A stretch of 64,000 nucleotides of DNA, from assembly GCA_963798085.1 (NCBI GenBank), contig CAWCRS010000001.1, positions 320,001 to 384,000 on the forward strand. Reading direction: 5' to 3'. This DNA is from an uncultured Gemmatimonadales bacterium. Its GTDB lineage: Bacteria > Gemmatimonadota > Gemmatimonadetes > Longimicrobiales > RSA9. Position 1 is the first letter of the stretch. Every line of letters starts with the position of its first letter. Shown here one piece after another: positions 54,478-63,345 of the stretch. Position numbers and translations under genes: made by a program. The notes below the pieces were generated by a model that was given only the letters and a program-made list of their open reading frames with translations, made no database searches and was not told the DNA's origin.

Positions 54478-55218
54478 GTGAGGTTTCTGCGTTCCGCTGG
54501 TTCACTCTGCATCGTGCTCGGCATCGGCTTCACATCCGGCGCCCGCCACGGCGTCACATACGCGCTGCCGGCGGCGGCTTCCGACGCGGCTGCGCTGCAG
54601 TGGTTCGATCCGCCCGTAGCCGGAAGGGCCGCCCGGGCAACCGCGGCCACGGACCGCGTGCGCTTCGTGGTCGCGCCCGATGGCAATGAGGCGAAGTACA
54701 TCGTGCGCGAGCAGCTGGCCAACCGCGACCTGCCCAATGACGCCATCGGCAGGACGGCCGCCATCACGGGCGCACTCCTGCTCGATGCCGGCGGGAACAT
54801 TGTGAAGGACAGCTCGCACTTCGAAGTCGACCTGACCACACTGCAGAGCGATCAGCAGCGGCGCGACCGCTTCATTCAACGCAATACGCTGGAGACCGCG
54901 CAGTACCCCAACGCCCTGTTTGTGCCCGCGTCCTTCCGCAATCTGCCTGCGCCGCTCCCCGCATCAGGCGAGGCCAGTGGACAGCTGCTGGGCGACCTCA
55001 CGGTGCACGGTGTGACCCGGCCGGCCACCTGGAACGTGAGCGTGCACGCCGCCGCCGATGGCTACACAGGCACGGCCATCACGAGCTTCGTCTTCGGCGA
55101 CTTCAACATGACGCAGCCGCGTCTTGCCTTGCTGCTCAGCGTCAAGGACACGATCCGCCTCGAGTACGACTTCCATCTGGTTCGGGAGACGGCATCGAAA
55201 CAGTCTGTGAACGAATGA
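54478..55218 (+). CDS. YceI family protein
   Basis: Y.VREQL, VDLTTLQSD..RRD, LETAQYP, GDLTVHGVTRP; GGAGG then GTG 54478. Confidence 0.85.
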   Translation: MRFLRSAGSLCIVLGIGFTSGARHGVTYALPAAASDAAALQWFDPPVAGRAARATAATDRVRFVVAPDGNEAKYIVREQLANRDLPNDAIGRTAAITGALLLDAGGNIVKDSSHFEVDLTTLQSDQQRRDRFIQRNTLETAQYPNALFVPASFRNLPAPLPASGEASGQLLGDLTVHGVTRPATWNVSVHAAADGYTGTAITSFVFGDFNMTQPRLALLLSVKDTIRLEYDFHLVRETASKQSVNE

Positions 55219-55256
55219 CTCTCGGGCTGGGGCTGGGAACCGACCCAGTACCGTCC

Positions 55257-55513
55257 GGGGCGGCCCCTTGTCGCGGTGAAAGGCCCGCCGCCTCCGGGCG
55301 TCGGGCTCGCTGTGAAGGCGGGGCGGCCCCTTGTCGCGGTGAAAGGCCCGCCGCCTCCGGGCGTCGGGCTCGCTGTGAAGGCGGGGCGGCCCCTTGTCGC
55401 GGTGAAAGGCCCGCCGCCTCCGGGCGTCGGGCTCGCTGTGAAGGCGGGGCGGCCCCTTGTCGCGGTGAAAGGCCCGCCGCCTCCGGGCGTCGGGCTCGCT
55501 GTGAAGGCGGGGC
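55257..55513. repeat. Perfect tandem repeat, 4 x 63 bp
   Basis: Unit GGGGCGGCCCCTTGTCGCGGTGAAAGGCCCGCCGCCTCCGGGCGTCGGGCTCGCTGTGAAGGC at 55257, 55320, 55383, 55446. Confidence 0.95.
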
Positions 55514-56088
55514 TAATGCCATTTCACGCCGAACCCGACCTGCACGAGGTTGCCCGAGATGTCCTCGCCGGTGGGCACGGTGTGTCCATTGATCCTGACC
55601 TCTACTGCGGATGAGGCGAGTGCATTGAAGAATGGCGTGATCGAGAAGTTGCGTGCGACGCGGATGTCGTAGCCCAGGCCGAACGAGCCGCTCGGCGCCT
55701 TCGCCGTCAGATCGTTGCCGAAGTCATCCTGCGCAGTGTAGGTCATCCCGCCAATGCCGAACTTGAAGAAGAATGCGCCGGTTGCACTCGGGTACCAGAG
55801 CATGACGAATGAGCCGAAGCCCATCGACTCATCGATTCCGTTCTCGCGCTTGCCCCAGCCGTTGAGTTCGCCGCCCAGCTGAATGTGCCGCGACACGGTG
55901 CCGCCCATCTGCAGGTGACCGGACGCGCCGGACGTGCGATCGGTCGAGCAGTCATGGCAGTCTGCGCCGATCGAGCCGCCCCCGAGACCGAAGCCGATCC
56001 AGAATCCTTCCCGTGTGTTAGGGTGTGACTGCGCCTTCAGCGAACCCGCCAGCAGCAGCAGAGTCATGCAGCAGACGACACTTCGCAT
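55513..56088 (-). CDS. Outer membrane beta-barrel protein
   Basis: Signal peptide; alternating aromatic/Gly strands; C-terminal VGFGVKWH; GGGAGG RBS. Confidence 0.78.
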   Translation of the reverse strand: MRSVVCCMTLLLLAGSLKAQSHPNTREGFWIGFGLGGGSIGADCHDCSTDRTSGASGHLQMGGTVSRHIQLGGELNGWGKRENGIDESMGFGSFVMLWYPSATGAFFFKFGIGGMTYTAQDDFGNDLTAKAPSGSFGLGYDIRVARNFSITPFFNALASSAVEVRINGHTVPTGEDISGNLVQVGFGVKWH

Positions 56089-56152
56089 TTCCGTCCTCCC
56101 GTGAGTGTTGGCTCCCGGCCGCGCGCTCTGTGCAGGTTCCGCGCCGCAAATG

Positions 56153-57829
56153 TCAGGAGCCGCCGGTCGCACGCGTGGACGCGGGTCGGACGGTGGGATA
56201 GGTGATGCCCAGCTGTTCGAGGTAGGTGCCGTACCGGGTCTCGTCGAAGTAGAACTTGCGCATCTCGGGGCGGAAGCGATCCATGGTTTCCTTGTTCAGC
56301 CAGATCGCCGGCGGATCATCCTTCGTGATGAACGGGATGTATTTCTGCTCTTTCGTCTGCACGTTGCTGAAATAGTCCTTCGCGTCGCGGACCAGCTGCG
56401 GCTTCGCGAAGATCTCGAGCGCCGTGGCGGCCATGACCTCGGCGCCCGCGGTCGCACCCTTGTGGGCGATCGGAGTGGCCATGGAGATGGCGTTCGACCA
56501 GTTGTGTCCCGGCAGGTGCGGGATGTTCGAGGGGAAACGCAGTGTTACCGTGGGCACGGTCCAGGATATGTCGCCAATGTCATCGGAACCGCCGCTCTGC
56601 GGCTCTGCGGGCGGCGCGCCCAGGGGCGCGAGCTTCAGCGCCAGACCGGTCGTGTCACCGGCCACTTCACGCTGCACGGCTCTGGCCAGGGTCTGGTCCG
56701 CTTCTGTCCACGTGGGCAGACCCACCTGCCTGATGTGCTCGTACATGGCTTCGGCGATGGGCTTGCTGAAGTGCCGCGGCCATGCCGTGCCCAGGATGCG
56801 TGACGACACCTTCGTGTCCGTCATCAGCGCGGCACCGTCCGCCATCTTCTTCCCCAGCTCGTAATTGTGCTTGATGTTCTCGTAGTCCATCTCGCGGAAG
56901 TAATACCAGACACTGGCCCTCGATGGCACCACGTTGGGCTGGTCGCCACCATCGGGAATCACGTAGTGCGAGCGCTGCAGCGGACGCAGATGTTCGCGAC
57001 GGAAATTCCAGCCCACATCCATCAGTTCGACTGCGTCCAGTGCGCTGCGGCCCCGCCATGGCGCACCCGCCGCGTGCGCGGACTCGCCTTCGAACGTGAA
57101 TTCCGCGGAGACCAGACCCGTGCCGTCGCCACCACCCCACGAAACCTGCAGATTGTCACCGACATGCGTGAACAGCACGATGTCGACGTTGTTGAACAGA
57201 CCATCGCGCACGTACCACGCCTTGGTGCCGACGAGTTCTTCCGCGACGCCGGGCCAGAGCACGAGCGTGCCCGGCAGCTTCTCCCGCTCCATGATCTTCT
57301 TGAGCGCGAGCGCTGCGGTGATGTTCACGGCCTGCCCCGAATTGTGGCCCTCGCCGTGACCGGGCGCGCCCTCGATCAGCGGATCGTGCCAGGCGACACC
57401 GGGCTTCTGACTCGCCTTCGGAATGCAATCGATGTCACTGCCGAACGCGATCACCGGCCCGCCCGAGCCCCACGTGGCCCACCACGCCGTGGGAATGCCC
57501 GAAATGCCTTCCTTCACGTCGAAGCCGTTGGCGCGCAGAATGCCCGTGATGTATTTCGACGTTTCGAATTCCTGGAATCCCAGCTCGCCGAAGCTGAAGA
57601 TCTTGTCCACCATGACCTGCGTCTGCTTCGCCATGGCCTGCACTTCGGCCTTCAGCTCGTCATCCAGCTTCTGCAGCTGCCTGTCCGAGAGCAGCGGCTT
57701 GAGCGCGGCGGCATTGCCGGCCGGCTTCTGCGCGCGCAGCGGACCCGCCGCCAGCAGCAGAGCCATACTCAGGACGAGCGTGCCGCTCGAGCGGACCCGC
57801 CGGGCGGGATGCGTTCCTCTGCTGATCAT
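56153..57829 (-). CDS. Secreted M20 amidohydrolase (AbgB-like)
   Basis: ELGFQEFETS, GHGEGHN, AEE, F.GESAHAA..PW.GRSALDAVELM, GGSDDIGD.SW. Confidence 0.87.
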   Translation of the reverse strand: MISRGTHPARRVRSSGTLVLSMALLLAAGPLRAQKPAGNAAALKPLLSDRQLQKLDDELKAEVQAMAKQTQVMVDKIFSFGELGFQEFETSKYITGILRANGFDVKEGISGIPTAWWATWGSGGPVIAFGSDIDCIPKASQKPGVAWHDPLIEGAPGHGEGHNSGQAVNITAALALKKIMEREKLPGTLVLWPGVAEELVGTKAWYVRDGLFNNVDIVLFTHVGDNLQVSWGGGDGTGLVSAEFTFEGESAHAAGAPWRGRSALDAVELMDVGWNFRREHLRPLQRSHYVIPDGGDQPNVVPSRASVWYYFREMDYENIKHNYELGKKMADGAALMTDTKVSSRILGTAWPRHFSKPIAEAMYEHIRQVGLPTWTEADQTLARAVQREVAGDTTGLALKLAPLGAPPAEPQSGGSDDIGDISWTVPTVTLRFPSNIPHLPGHNWSNAISMATPIAHKGATAGAEVMAATALEIFAKPQLVRDAKDYFSNVQTKEQKYIPFITKDDPPAIWLNKETMDRFRPEMRKFYFDETRYGTYLEQLGITYPTVRPASTRATGGS

Positions 57830-58045
57830 GTTTCGTTCCGGTCAGTGGTGAAACGGTCTGGTAACCCTTCGTTACGGCGCGCGCGTGAGGGGCGGCCCCG
57901 GCGCCGGCGCCCGGCTGCGGCGTGCCGATCGAGCAGCGCGTGAGACGCTCGCGTGGCGGCGGTGGTCAGGCCCACGCGGCGCGTGTCCCGTGCGTCGCAA
58001 CGCGTCCGCCCGACCGACTCTGGGCCAAACGCTCGGTTAGCAACG

Positions 58046-58435
58046 CTATCGGCCCGCCGGATGCGGGGCGCCCGCCGGATTGTCCAGTGCGACCCGCCAG
58101 CTGCCGTCCGGCTGGCGCCGCGCCACCTGGGTCGGCTGAATCTCGACGGTGCTCCGCTCGCCACCGGGCAACCGGCTTTCCAGACGCCAGCGCGAGTACA
58201 GCAGCGCGACTTCGCCGTTCGTGATCACCTGGCTGGCCAGCAGCGTGAACACCGGCTCGGTCGCCATGAATCCCGCCAGCGAATCGCGGATCGCATCCTG
58301 TCCGTGCAGCGTGCGGCCAGGCTGCGACACCAGCACCGCCTCCGTCTCATAGAGAGACGCCACCCGCGCGGCGTCGCGTGTCTTCATGGCGTCTGCGAAC
58401 GCCGCATGGATGTCTTCAGGCCGTCTCGGCACCAT
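58046..58435 (-). CDS. NTF2/SnoaL-like (YybH/DUF4440) protein
   Basis: AFADAM..D...VASLYE..AVL, GQDAIR, VARRQPDGSWR..DNP. Confidence 0.85.
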   Translation of the reverse strand: MVPRRPEDIHAAFADAMKTRDAARVASLYETEAVLVSQPGRTLHGQDAIRDSLAGFMATEPVFTLLASQVITNGEVALLYSRWRLESRLPGGERSTVEIQPTQVARRQPDGSWRVALDNPAGAPHPAGR

Positions 58436-58548
58436 GAGCCACCTCGCATGACCGCGGAATGGCAGGCAATGTAGGCACTGCGCCCGGATCGCGCAGGACT
58501 GCGCTGGCGCACCTGCTCCACGCGCGGTCTACACGGGCGTCGCCGCTC

Positions 58549-58700
58549 CAGTTGCTCCCGTTGCTGCTGTTGCCCGTTTGCTGCTGTTGCCCGTTTGCTC
58601 CTGTTGCTCCTGTTGCTCCTGTTGCTCCCGTTGCTCCCGTTGTGCTGTTGCCCGTTTGCTCCTGTTGCGCCCGTTTGCCGCTCTTGCTGCTGTTGTTGCT
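58549..58700. repeat. Low-complexity tandem repeat (GTTGCTCC[C/T] 9-mers and TGCTGT units)
   Basis: Directly visible run such as CCTGTTGCTCCTGTTGCTCCTGTTGCTCCCGTTGCTCCCG in intergenic DNA. Confidence 0.8.
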
Positions 58701-58852
58701 GTGGCCGCTGCGGCGGCTGCTGTGCGGTGTGGAAGCGGTGGGAGCGGGTCCGGTGATCCCGCGTCGGCGATCCGGCCCCGCTGCCCGTGCCGCTTCGTGC
58801 GGTCCGGGGGCGTTCGGCTGCGGCTGTGAAGGCGTACACGCCGACGCGTGAC

Positions 58853-59326
58853 TCAGCCGCCCGGCCGGCGAGGCCGTTGGCGGGCGGAAACAGACTTGAT
58901 GATCAGGCGCCGACCCCGCCGCGGATCCCATGGCGCGCCCGATTGCTCCAGCGCCACGCGGATCAGCGTCTGGACCGCCGGATCCTCGAGAACCGCGGGT
59001 GTCTCCAACACGATATTGCGGACCAGGCGGCCCGTGCCCTTGAGACGCTGCTCCGGATCCGGCAGCGACGCACCCTTCAGAAAGAACAGACTCACCCAGC
59101 GTGGATACAGTGCAATGGACATCACCGCGTCCGACGCACGATCCGTCGGACCGAAGCCGATGACCAGCGCATTGTAGTTGTCGTAGACCATTTCGACGGC
59201 GCCCGAGACCAGCATGCGCATGCGCCCGAGCACCTGCTCGGCGAGGCGCATGATCGCTGGATCGTACTTCGCCATGAAATCGGCGAGGCGCTCTTCCGCT
59301 GAGGCTTCCGGCCTCGCACCGCTCAT
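58853..59326 (-). CDS. DUF1801 (YdhG-like) domain protein
   Basis: EMVYDNYNALVIGFGPT.RASDA, WVSLFF..GA.LPDP..L.G.G..VR. Confidence 0.85.
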   Translation of the reverse strand: MSGARPEASAEERLADFMAKYDPAIMRLAEQVLGRMRMLVSGAVEMVYDNYNALVIGFGPTDRASDAVMSIALYPRWVSLFFLKGASLPDPEQRLKGTGRLVRNIVLETPAVLEDPAVQTLIRVALEQSGAPWDPRRGRRLIIKSVSARQRPRRPGG

Positions 59327-59679
59327 GAATCTGCCGTCGCCTCGCGCGGCGTTTCCGACGAACGTCGTTCTCCGCTGCGCCACAGCAGCACGACGGGCAA
59401 CGCGAAGGCAATGCTGCCCACCAGCGAAAGCACGACGAACCAGCCCCAGGAACGCTCGCTGACGCCCCACTTCTGCAGCAGGTAGCCGAGCAGCACCGCC
59501 AGCACGAGCGCTTCGCCGATGAAGGCGGCGGCGATCGGGTTGGACAGTGCCGCCTGCAATGCATCGGGCCGGATGATTGCGCCGTAGAGGAACACACCGT
59601 TGATCACCACGAACCCGAGCACGGCAATGGCACCCAGCCAGAACCGCTCCCACCCCGAGTACTCGACGCCACGTTGCAT
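59323..59679 (-). CDS. Small membrane protein (DUF2834-like)
   Basis: Three to four TM helices; ALSNPIAAAFI, GSIAFALP; stop overlaps the downstream ATG. Confidence 0.65.
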   Translation of the reverse strand: MQRGVEYSGWERFWLGAIAVLGFVVINGVFLYGAIIRPDALQAALSNPIAAAFIGEALVLAVLLGYLLQKWGVSERSWGWFVVLSLVGSIAFALPVVLLWRSGERRSSETPREATADS

Positions 59680-59852
59680 GCGCGCTCTCCTCCCAGTGGT
59701 TGCCAGGCTGACGCGCCAAGATACCCCTTGTCCGGCCGCGCAGTACAACTGATTTCGACAACCACGCCTGAGCGCATCCCAAAGCGCTATTCCCCCGAGC
59801 CCGACTGGCCATGCGCCGCAGCCGGCGCGCGGTGAGGGCGGCCGTGCACCTT

Positions 59853-60052
59853 GTCGGACCACCTTGGCGTTCTTGGCTTATGCGCCATCCCGACATGGTG
59901 CCCGGCGACCGGACCGCCGAACCCCGGCCAGGGCATGGCTGCAAAGGGCCGGGCACCGTCTGGGCGAGCCGACCGCATGGCCAGTGCGGCACGGGCCATG
60001 TCGGATCAGGCCGAACCCACGAACGCCAAGACGGTCCGAAACGATATATCGC
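59853..60052. repeat. Inverted-repeat doublet, copy D
   Basis: GTCGGACCACCTTGGCGTTC (59853-59872) and GAACGCCAAGACGGTCCGA (60021-60039). Confidence 0.75.
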
Positions 60053-60054
60053 TC

Positions 60055-60074
60055 GAATTAGGCTTGACTATTTC
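60055..60074 (+). promoter_or_regulatory. Candidate MntR/DtxR operator overlapping -35
   Basis: GAATTAG-GCTTGA-CTATTTC (1 mismatch palindrome) containing TTGACT; AT-rich patch upstream of mntH. Confidence 0.6.
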
Positions 60075-60220
60075 TGAATATAGGCGAAACTACGTCGGCG
60101 CCGAAACGAACCGATGAGCGGAAGGACGCTACCGGCGGGTCGAGTTCGCGCGTGAGGCGGCGGGCCCCCGGGGCTGCGCCCGGCTAGCACAACGTTAGGG
60201 GAGAGCGGAGAGCAGCCATC

Positions 60221-61603
60221 GTGTTGTGGCGGACAAAGGACGCGGCGGGGGTGGAGCCGCTGCAGGGTACGGAAGCGCCGGATGGGCCCTGGCTGCGGGC
60301 CCGCACCGCGCCCAGCCTGGCGGAGGCCTACCGTACCGTACCGCTGCGCAGTGGCGCGTGGTGGCGCAAGCTGCTCGCCTATGCGGGACCGGGCTATCTG
60401 GTGGCGGTGGGCTACATGGACCCGGGCAACTGGGCCACCAGCCTGGCCGGCGGTTCCGCCTTCGGCTACACGCTGCTCAGCGTCGTCATGCTGTCCAACC
60501 TGATGGCGATCCTGCTGCAGGGACTCGCTTCCAAGCTGGGCATCGTCACCGGCCGCGACCTGGCGCAGGCGGTGCGCGACAGCTACTCGCGGCCGGCCGT
60601 GCTCATGCACTGGGTCCTGTGCGAGATCGCCATCGCGGCGTGCGACCTGGCGGAGGTGATCGGCTCCGCCATAGCGCTGAATCTGCTGTTCGGCATCCCG
60701 CTGGCGTGGGGCGTGGCCATTACGGCGCTGGATGTGCTGGTGGTGCTCGTGCTGCAGCACCGCGGCTTTCGCTATCTCGAGGCCGTGGTGATCACACTGA
60801 TTGCGACGATCTCCATCTGCTTCATGTTCGAGATCTTCATCTCGAAGCCCAGCGTGCCGGGCATGCTCGAAGGCTTCATTCCCACGGCCGAGATCGTGCG
60901 CAACCGCCAAATGCTCTACATTGCCATCGGCATCCTGGGGGCCACCGTGATGCCGCACAATCTGTATCTGCACTCGTCCATCGTGCAGACGCGGCAGTAT
61001 GAGGAAACCACGGCGGGCAGGCGCGAGGCGGTGCGCTTTGCCTTCGCCGATTCCACGATCGCGCTGATGGGGGCACTGTTCATCAACGGCGCGATTCTGG
61101 TCGTGGCAGCGGCGACGTTCCATGTGCGCGGTCAGACGGACGTGGCGGAGATCCAGGATGCGTACCGGCTGCTCACGCCGCTGCTGGGTGTGGCCGGCGC
61201 TAGCACTGTGTTTGCCCTGGCGCTGCTGGCCTCCGGCCAGAACTCGACGCTGACCGGTACGCTGGCCGGACAGATCACCATGGAGGGCTTTCTCGACATC
61301 CGCCTGCGGCCCTGGGTGCGGCGGCTGATCACGCGGGCGCTGGCCATCATTCCCGCGGCCATCGTGGCGGTGGCGTACGGCGAGCGCGGCACGGCGCAGC
61401 TGCTGATCCTGAGTCAGGTGATACTGAGCCTGCAGCTTTCCTTCGCCGTGTTTCCGCTGGTGATTTTCACATCGGACCGGCGGCGCATGGGCGAGTTCGT
61501 GAATGCGCGCTGGCTCAAGCTGCTGGCCTGGTCGGTCGCGTACCTGATAGCCGCACTGAACGTGTGGCTGCTGCTGCAAACGATCGGGAGCCTGTTCGCG
61601 TGA
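60221..61603 (+). CDS. mntH: Nramp family Mn2+/Fe2+ transporter
   Basis: [42 protein letters not shown]. Confidence 0.95.
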   Translation: MLWRTKDAAGVEPLQGTEAPDGPWLRARTAPSLAEAYRTVPLRSGAWWRKLLAYAGPGYLVAVGYMDPGNWATSLAGGSAFGYTLLSVVMLSNLMAILLQGLASKLGIVTGRDLAQAVRDSYSRPAVLMHWVLCEIAIAACDLAEVIGSAIALNLLFGIPLAWGVAITALDVLVVLVLQHRGFRYLEAVVITLIATISICFMFEIFISKPSVPGMLEGFIPTAEIVRNRQMLYIAIGILGATVMPHNLYLHSSIVQTRQYEETTAGRREAVRFAFADSTIALMGALFINGAILVVAAATFHVRGQTDVAEIQDAYRLLTPLLGVAGASTVFALALLASGQNSTLTGTLAGQITMEGFLDIRLRPWVRRLITRALAIIPAAIVAVAYGERGTAQLLILSQVILSLQLSFAVFPLVIFTSDRRRMGEFVNARWLKLLAWSVAYLIAALNVWLLLQTIGSLFA

Positions 61604-62046
61604 CGGTCTGCAATCGCATTCTGGTGGCGCTGGAGAACAGCCCGTACGACACGGCCATCCTCGAGTACATCAGGCCGTTCGCGCGGCTGTGTGGCGCCAG
61701 CCTCGTGCTGATTCATGTAGCAGACGGTTATGCGGCGCGGCACGTGCGCGATCTGAAGCTGCGGGAGAGTGAAGAGATCCGGCAGGACCGCGCCTATCTC
61801 GATCGCGTGGCCGCGCAGCTGGGCGAGGAAGGCTTCAGCGTGGAGGCCGTGCTGGCGGGCGGTGATCCCGCCACCGAGATCGCGACGGCGGCCGATCGCG
61901 AGCACTGCGACCTGATCGCCATGTCCACGCACGGCCATCGCTTCCTCAAGGACATCCTGTTCGGCAGTGTCGCCGAAGCGGTGCGCCATCGCTCGCGCAC
62001 GCCGGTACTGCTGGTGCGCGGCAGTGCGCAGCCGCCGCTGCCGTGA
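61600..62046 (+). CDS. Universal stress protein
   Basis: [37 protein letters not shown]...PVLLVR; GTGA overlap with mntH. Confidence 0.9.
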   Translation: MTVCNRILVALENSPYDTAILEYIRPFARLCGASLVLIHVADGYAARHVRDLKLRESEEIRQDRAYLDRVAAQLGEEGFSVEAVLAGGDPATEIATAADREHCDLIAMSTHGHRFLKDILFGSVAEAVRHRSRTPVLLVRGSAQPPLP

Positions 62047-62735
62047 GCGCCATGACGAAGCACCCGCTGCGCGATTACACCGCGTCCGTCGAGGACTACC
62101 TCAAGGCGATCTACGAGATCGAAGCGAGCAGCGGTGCGGCCGGCACGAACGAGATCGCGGACCGGCTGGCAGTAGCCTCGGCTTCCGTCAGCGGCATGAT
62201 CCGTCGTCTCGCGGACCAGGGCCTGCTCGAGCACGAGAAGTATCGCGGCGTGCGTCTCACGCACGCGGGAAGGCGGGTAGCACTGGGAACGATTCGTCGC
62301 CACCGCATCATCGAATCGTACCTGATGCAGGCACTCGGCTATCCCTGGGACCGCGTGCACGAAGAAGCGGAGCGACTCGAGCACGCGGCCTCCGACGAGC
62401 TGGTCGATCGCATGGCGGCCGCGATTGACGAGCCCGCCGTCGATCCGCACGGCGCGCCCATTCCCACGCGTGACGGCCGTGTTGCCGAGAGTCCCTCGGT
62501 GCCGCTCTCCGCGCTCGAGCCCGGTCAGACCGGTCACCTCATGCGCGTCGAGGACGAAGACGCGGACCTGCTGCGCTATCTCGATCAGCTCGGCCTCCAC
62601 CTGGGCGTCGCCATCACCCTGATCGCGCGCGCGCCCTTCGATGGCCCGCTCACACTGCGCGCCGGCGCCGAGCCGGGCACCGAGCACATCATCGGTATCG
62701 CACTCGCGCACCGTCTCCAGGTCTGCCCCGAGTAG
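62043..62735 (+). CDS. mntR: DtxR/MntR family metal-dependent repressor with C-terminal FeoA domain
   Basis: EDYLKAIY, RRHRIIE.YL, VHEEAERLEHA, DPHGAPIP; GTG 62043 or ATG 62052. Confidence 0.9.
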   Translation: MSAMTKHPLRDYTASVEDYLKAIYEIEASSGAAGTNEIADRLAVASASVSGMIRRLADQGLLEHEKYRGVRLTHAGRRVALGTIRRHRIIESYLMQALGYPWDRVHEEAERLEHAASDELVDRMAAAIDEPAVDPHGAPIPTRDGRVAESPSVPLSALEPGQTGHLMRVEDEDADLLRYLDQLGLHLGVAITLIARAPFDGPLTLRAGAEPGTEHIIGIALAHRLQVCPE

Positions 62736-62973
62736 CGCTCACACAAGCACAAACCGCCTCCCAACCACGGCACCCCGCGGTGTGAGCGCGAGCCTCGCCT
62801 GCGCGCACGATCACACCCGCTCGCAGGCGGGTGCGACTGGCCCCGTCGCACTGGACGGACTCAAATCACGGCGATTATAGTCGGAGCGATTGCAGGTCCC
62901 CGCGGCATTGACGGAGAGCCCCGGATCGCGCAATGGCCGGTCGCATTCACTGACGCGTTTCCACGGAGCCGTC

Positions 62974-63345
62974 ATGACGCGCAGCCAGTCCCCCGCACCC
63001 GAGTCGTTTCTGCCGCTGCGCACGGAGCTGCTCTTCATGCTGCTGGTGCTCGCGCGCGGGCCCCGCCACGGCTATGCACTGCTCGAGGCCGTGGAGGCGG
63101 AGTCACAGGGCGAGGTCCGCATCCTGACCGGTTCGCTGTACCGCTTCGTCGGTCAGTTGCAGGAGAGCGGCCTGATCGAGGAAGTGGCGCCTCCGTCGCA
63201 TGAGGCGTCCGCGGATGAGCGACGGCGCTATTACGGTGTTACCCGCCTGGGCCGGGATGTCGCGAACGCCGAAGTGGCGCGACTGCGCCGGGTGCTGGCC
63301 CTGGCGGATGCCACCAGCCGGACGCGTTCGCCGCGGCGCGCATGA
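62974..63345 (+). CDS. PadR family transcriptional regulator
   Basis: FLPL..LLVLA..PRHGYAL..TGSLY..DERRRYY.VT.LG; GGAG RBS. Confidence 0.92.
   Translation: MTRSQSPAPESFLPLRTELLFMLLVLARGPRHGYALLEAVEAESQGEVRILTGSLYRFVGQLQESGLIEEVAPPSHEASADERRRYYGVTRLGRDVANAEVARLRRVLALADATSRTRSPRRA

Noticed and set aside
55257..55513. Possible CRISPR array
   Set aside because: Units are fully identical with no unique spacers, and no cas genes are present in the window.
58384..58851. Gln-rich or collagen-like ORFs over the low-complexity tract
   Set aside because: All frames are open only because the repeat lacks stop codons; no RBS or domain evidence.
60090..60220. yybP-ykoY or other riboswitch in the mntH leader
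   Set aside because: I could not match a conserved riboswitch core by eye, and a repressor box explains the regulation; an Rfam scan would settle it.
32043..61579. Antisense ORFs 32043-34046, 44335-45939 and 60068-61579
   Set aside because: They lie opposite the VPS10, permease/arginase and mntH genes and are shadow frames.
62852..62891. AATC-N5-GATT-like boxes upstream of the last padR
   Set aside because: Arms are only 4 bp and the second copy is imperfect; too weak to call an operator.
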